A stretch of 64,000 nt of DNA. It comes from Squalus acanthias (taxonomy: Eukaryota). A program made the translations under genes and the position numbers. Below the pieces are notes generated by a model. That model saw only the letters and a list, made by a program, of their open reading frames with translations, was not told the DNA's origin and did no database searches. The DNA is taken from contig CM059435.1 of assembly GCA_030390025.1 (NCBI GenBank), forward strand, positions 102,548,001-102,612,000, in the 5' to 3' direction. The number at the start of each line of letters is the position of its first letter. Within the stretch, counting starts at the first letter, position 1. This document shows, piece after piece, positions 60,005-64,000 of this stretch.

Positions 60005-60110
60005 TTGGTACTACACCTGAGGAAGGAGCGATAGTTCCGAAAGCTTGTGATTTCAAATAAAACTGTTGGACTATAACCTGGTGTTGTGCGACCTCTCAAT
60101 TTTGTACACT
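60005..60110 (+). mobile_element. Penelope-like element terminus
   Basis: ACACCTGAGGAAGGAGC..CCGAAAGCTTGTGATTTCAAATAAAACTGTTGGACTATAACCTGGTGTTGT resembles fish Penelope terminal repeats. Confidence 0.7.
60014..60049 (+). ncRNA. Minimal type I hammerhead ribozyme motif
   Basis: CAC-CTGAGGA-A-GGAGC(GATA)GTTCC-GAAA-GCTT-GTG: CUGANGA box, 5-bp stem II, GAAA box, palindromic AAGCTT stem III, CAC/GTG stem I. Confidence 0.7.
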
Positions 60111-60620
60111 ACAGAAAGCCAGTGATAATTCTCATAATGGTGCTGCAAAACTGCTGAATGTTAACAATGTGTGTAAAGAATAAAATCATTGATGAATGAC
60201 AAATTCAGGTTCGTTTTCGATATCATTATGTACCAATCCTGACGAACTGGAGAGTGGGAAGGTGGAGTAATGGCTCCTCCCATCCCTGGGGAAGAAAAGG
60301 GAGAAGTTAGCTAAATAAGGCAAAGCCTAGAAGGTTCTGGGGAGAGGAATGGTGAAGTGCTGTTGCAATTACTATTAATTACACTCTGCTCTACATACAA
60401 CACCGTGTTTGGAGCTTTGGCTGAAAGATGTTATGGTGCATGTTCACAATAAGCGTCGTTGCATATAACAGAGTTAAAACTGTTGTGTTCTGTTGTGTAC
60501 CAAGGTTTTCCTTCCCCCAAAAAACAAATTAGCAAAACAGAGAGTGATATTTTTAATACTAACTTTTAGAGAATTGCAGTACTTGAAATAACTAGTGGTC
60601 TTTGGTCAAACAGACATAAT

Positions 60621-61399
60621 GGCCGGAATTTTTACTTGGAGGCAGGTAGGGAGCTGTGGGGCTGGGACCTGGGAGAACGGGTTTCCCATTTAACGGCAAG
60701 GCGGATTTATATTCTTTTTCTCTGTTTCCCACCTGCAGCCAGCCAGATTGAGAGGCTGGCTGGCTGTTGGGCAGGTAGGCCCGGGAGCAGAGAGGAGGAA
60801 GGCCAGGGATCGTCGGAGGGGGTCAGGGGCCAGGGATCGTCTGAGGGGGTCGGGGGTCAGGGGCCAGGGATCGTCTGAGGGGGTCGGGGGTCAGGGCCAG
60901 GGATTGTCGGAGGGGGGAGATCGGTCCGGGGGTGTGGGTGGAGGGATCGGAAGCCGGTGGGGGGGGGGGCGGGTGGGATAGGTAGCCTCGCGGAGGTGGG
61001 GGTAAGGTTGGGGACGGAGATCGGCGGGGTTGGTTGTAAGGGTCGGGGGTGGAGGCTGTTGGCGCGGCAGGAACTCTGAATCCAGCAGGTAAGTGGAAAG
61101 GCACTTACCCCCTGGATCCAGCAGGCCTTGCCTTCCTTTAGCTGCCGGGTTCCCCGTGGCCCAGGAAACCCGGCTGGCCACATTTAAATTTAAAACGGAG
61201 CTTCAAAATGAGGCACTCAGCCTCATTATAATATTTAAAGTGCTAACCCGCCTCCTGAGAGTGGGTTGGCCGCCCGTTCCCCAGTCCACCCCCATTAAAA
61301 CCGGAAGCAGGCGGGTTGGGGTCGGGATTCAGATTTTTTTAACACTTTAACCTCCCACCCGACCCCAAACCATCTGTTTTTTGGGGTCATAATTCCCCT
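60621..61399. mobile_element. Harbinger-like MITE with G-rich internal tandem repeats
   Basis: GGCCGGAATTTT / AATTCCCCT termini, TSD AAT; repeated GGCCAGGGATCGTC.GAGGGGGTC units at 60801-60920. Confidence 0.75.
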
Positions 61400-62183
61400 A
61401 ATAAGGCTGATTCACCCATCAAGCACTCTTGATGAGGGATCGAACTTGTAGAAAGTACTGGTTGAGGAATCATGGGCCCACAGCCCCTGGTTTTCTATTT
61501 GTACATTTTCATTGGTGCATTAATTTTTGTTGCTGGTTAGGTTTGATTTCTTGAGGCGCAAGACGTTAAAACTCGGTTTCCTCTAAAAAGTCTTACTTCC
61601 AGCTGCTACTTCATTGCAGCAACAGAAGTTGTGGCAAGTGAACACTGCATTTCCCATTAGGATAGCTGCCGATGGAAGGCCAAAGCTGTACTGAGATTTT
61701 ATGCTCATTATTCAAATAACCTGACCCCACATAACTGCAAACAATCACCTCAGTGCACTTTTGACCAACTTTTGCACAAAGAGCTAGCCACAAAATCAGA
61801 GCTTATAATTATATGCACAGTTAGTTTCAATTACAGTTGTGACTGATCTGTAATTTTATAGTAACTGTAAGCAACCCTGAACATTTTTGTTTCTTCTAAA
61901 GAACTCAAAGGGGTGAGGTGATAAAAGAAAGATGCAATTCCACGTACTGCGGAGTACTCCAATATATGATGGTACGACTTAAAACACCATGGCATGAATC
62001 ACTTCTTTCATTTTGTGAAAGAATGCTCACGTGACTGGATCAGGAAGAAATAACTTTTTCTGTCCTTTTTTACAGAAGAAATGGGGGTAAGATCAAAGTA
62101 TTTCCTCAGGCATTGTTAACATGCTTTGTGAACTTGCACAGACAAATCAAAAAAAATCATGTAAAGCAAAAAAATCAACATAC

Positions 62184-62341
62184 AATGCAGCTTGAAAATC
62201 CTATTCCTCCCAGTCTTGGACTGATGTAATTCCACACACCAATACTGCCTCGTCTGATTCTTTGGCCCACTGCAAGCTCCAGGAAAAACAGTGGTATCCC
62301 AATAATGAGCAGCAAAATCAAATACGGCACAAGGTAGGCAC
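62184..62341 (-). CDS. slc6a15: slc6a15 coding exon 2 (158 nt)
   Basis: CTTCAG|[54 protein letters not shown]|GTATGT. Confidence 0.95.
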
Positions 62342-63060
62342 CTGAAGAAGAGACAACATGGTTTTATAACCTGCCATCACCGTCTCATATCAAATCTTTG
62401 TGCAGCTCAGTCTTTGCTGATATTTTACTTTAAAAGTCCCAAAGATCTGTGCCATATTTTTGTGAAACACATTCATTTTGATCCATCAATTTTGTGACAT
62501 AAATTGGTGGAGGCTTATTACATTGAGATCAGATTTTTATACTTTTCTTTCACATAGATGTGTTTTCCACCAATATTAGGAACCATTGAATTTAACACAC
62601 AGCTATTCAAACTGACATACATTCATTCATCTGCTTTTCTTTTAACTGTGTACATAACATTTCCTAAATGTACAAGCAAGCCTTGTAGTTCAAAGCAGAG
62701 AATGGAGTCATTATGAAATGCCTGTGTCACTATAGGGTAAGTGAGGTTCATGATACTCTTCTTAGGCTTAGTAGTGATCACAAAAACTCCAGGTCCAATT
62801 AAATTATTAGACATGGCTGCACATAAATTTGAGATTGGAATGCAGACGTTAATCCTAAAACTAATTATGCTTAATTATAAGATAAAGCAGCAAGTTTTCT
62901 AAATTTCAAACACAGTGGTCACAGTAATCACAAGGTTTTGAAAAATACAAAGAATTATTTTATATGAACTAAATCTCATCTCCGTTGAGGAGAACACTAT
63001 TTTATTGCCGGATGTGTTTAGCAGCTCTAAGATAAACTATGTTGGTGGTTGTACGCTTAC

Positions 63061-63352
63061 CTCCTCCATTTTTTTGACATAAGTATGGGAATCTCCATAC
63101 ATTGCCTAAACCAACAGAAAATCCAACCTGTGCCAGGATGTACTGAAGTTTGCTATTCCAGGCAGGCCTTTCATCTTCAGCATCAGATCCTTCTTCAATG
63201 TCCACATCTTTGTCAGTCTGGGAATCATCTACATATAATGCACTCTTCTTAAACTGATCGTCATTCATGTCCTCATTGGAAAGAAGATCCTTGACAGACT
63301 CTGTGACATCTTCGTCCAGTTCCCTCTTCGCAACTTTGCTGTTTTTAGGCAT
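63061..63352 (-). CDS. slc6a15: slc6a15 first coding exon (292 coding nt), sodium-dependent neutral amino acid transporter B0AT2
   Basis: [66 protein letters not shown]|GTAAGC. The N- and C-termini match SLC6A15 rather than SLC6A17; the 11 exons sum to 2190 nt with consistent phases. Confidence 0.95.
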
Positions 63353-63536
63353 TGGAAACACTAGATCACAGATTCTGTAACACTCTACAAAAGTCTAGCA
63401 GCAATACTTTCAGTCAAATGTAACTCGATGTGAAGCAGGCGAGCGAGGAACCCAACAGACAAACAGAACACAGTTACTGAAGGCCTGAGGTGGATTCTGA
63501 GTAAGTCTGAAAGAGTATTCTGTACTTCAAAATCTG
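63353..63536 (-). other. slc6a15: Probable 5'UTR part of the first coding exon of slc6a15
   Basis: Pyrimidine tract and acceptor CTGTTTTTCCCCAG|CAG at 63537; no upstream AUG in this segment. Confidence 0.65.
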
Positions 63537-63654
63537 CTGGGGAAAAACAGTTACATTTTGGTCACCAGAACAACAAATATTCGAAACATTTTAAAGGTTT
63601 GTCATTGTATACCATAACTTTTGTTCTTCATATTATTCTTGAAGATTGGCTGCA

Positions 63655-64000
63655 AAGTAACAGCTTGCATTTGTATAACACCCTTCAGCTAGCATAACGT
63701 TTCAGCTGCTTAATGAGGAGAAAAAGGACATCATGCAGGGGGAGGAGAAATTAAGGAGACGGGCCAACAGCGCAGTCAAAGAGTTTTAAGGAGCATTTGA
63801 GGGCACGGGGAGGGGGGTGGGGGCGGAGGTGGTTTGAAGAGAGTTCCAGAGGGAAGGGATTTAGTGGCTGAAGGGTCTGTCCTAAATGGCAGAGTGGGGC
63901 AAAGGAGTCCGAGGAGTGAAAGAGGCACGCTGGGCCACATAGTCAGAAGACATTGCTCAGCTTGAGAGGTGTAAGTTCATGAGGGATTTAAAGATGAGGC
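63655..64000 (-). mobile_element. Old L2 3' fragment
   Basis: AACAGCTTGCATTTGTATA tail and GTTTTAAGGAG..GAGTTCCAGAG..GGCTGAAGG similar to 45100-45200. Confidence 0.6.

Noticed and set aside
61425-61460. TTGATGAG..GAAAG hammerhead-like words
   Set aside because: The core is not CUGANGA and no stem II or stem I pairing can be drawn
35747-63352. Alternative assignment as slc6a17 or slc6a16
   Set aside because: [20 protein letters not shown] and the [21 protein letters not shown] terminus match SLC6A15
63353-63361. ORF-track start MFP before MPKNSK
   Set aside because: Non-AUG start; the conserved SLC6A15 initiator is the ATG at 63352

Overview
Vertebrate genomic DNA, very likely a cartilaginous fish (shark); this is inferred from the repeat content (CR1 LINEs, an HE1-like V-SINE, Deu-domain SINEs, Penelope ends). 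The right half carries the complete coding region of slc6a15 (B0AT2/SBAT1, Na+-dependent neutral amino-acid transporter) on the minus strand. It has 11 coding exons from 63352 to 35747, all with GT-AG junctions, which sum to 2190 nt (729 aa + stop). A probable 3'UTR runs to ~33650, and the first non-coding exon and promoter lie beyond the window. The left ~33 kb is intergenic and dense in transposable elements. Repeats across the window include many CR1 fragments (one with an intact ORF2 and an SGNH-esterase ORF1), L2 and a third LINE family, three SINE families, decayed PIF/Harbinger transposons with a large set of 3-bp-TSD MITEs, hAT MITEs, a solo LTR and Penelope ends. The most notable signals are: (i) a U_UUA_AAC slippery heptamer joining CR1 ORF1 to an AUG-less ORF2 in the -1 frame; (ii) a minimal hammerhead ribozyme in a slc6a15 intron; (iii) a Harbinger/MITE system sharing an octamer-centred hairpin; (iv) a locally templated duplication inside a MITE; (v) a stop-free in-frame intron in slc6a15 extracellular loop 2. 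Repeat boundaries were read by eye and are approximate unless TSDs are quoted.
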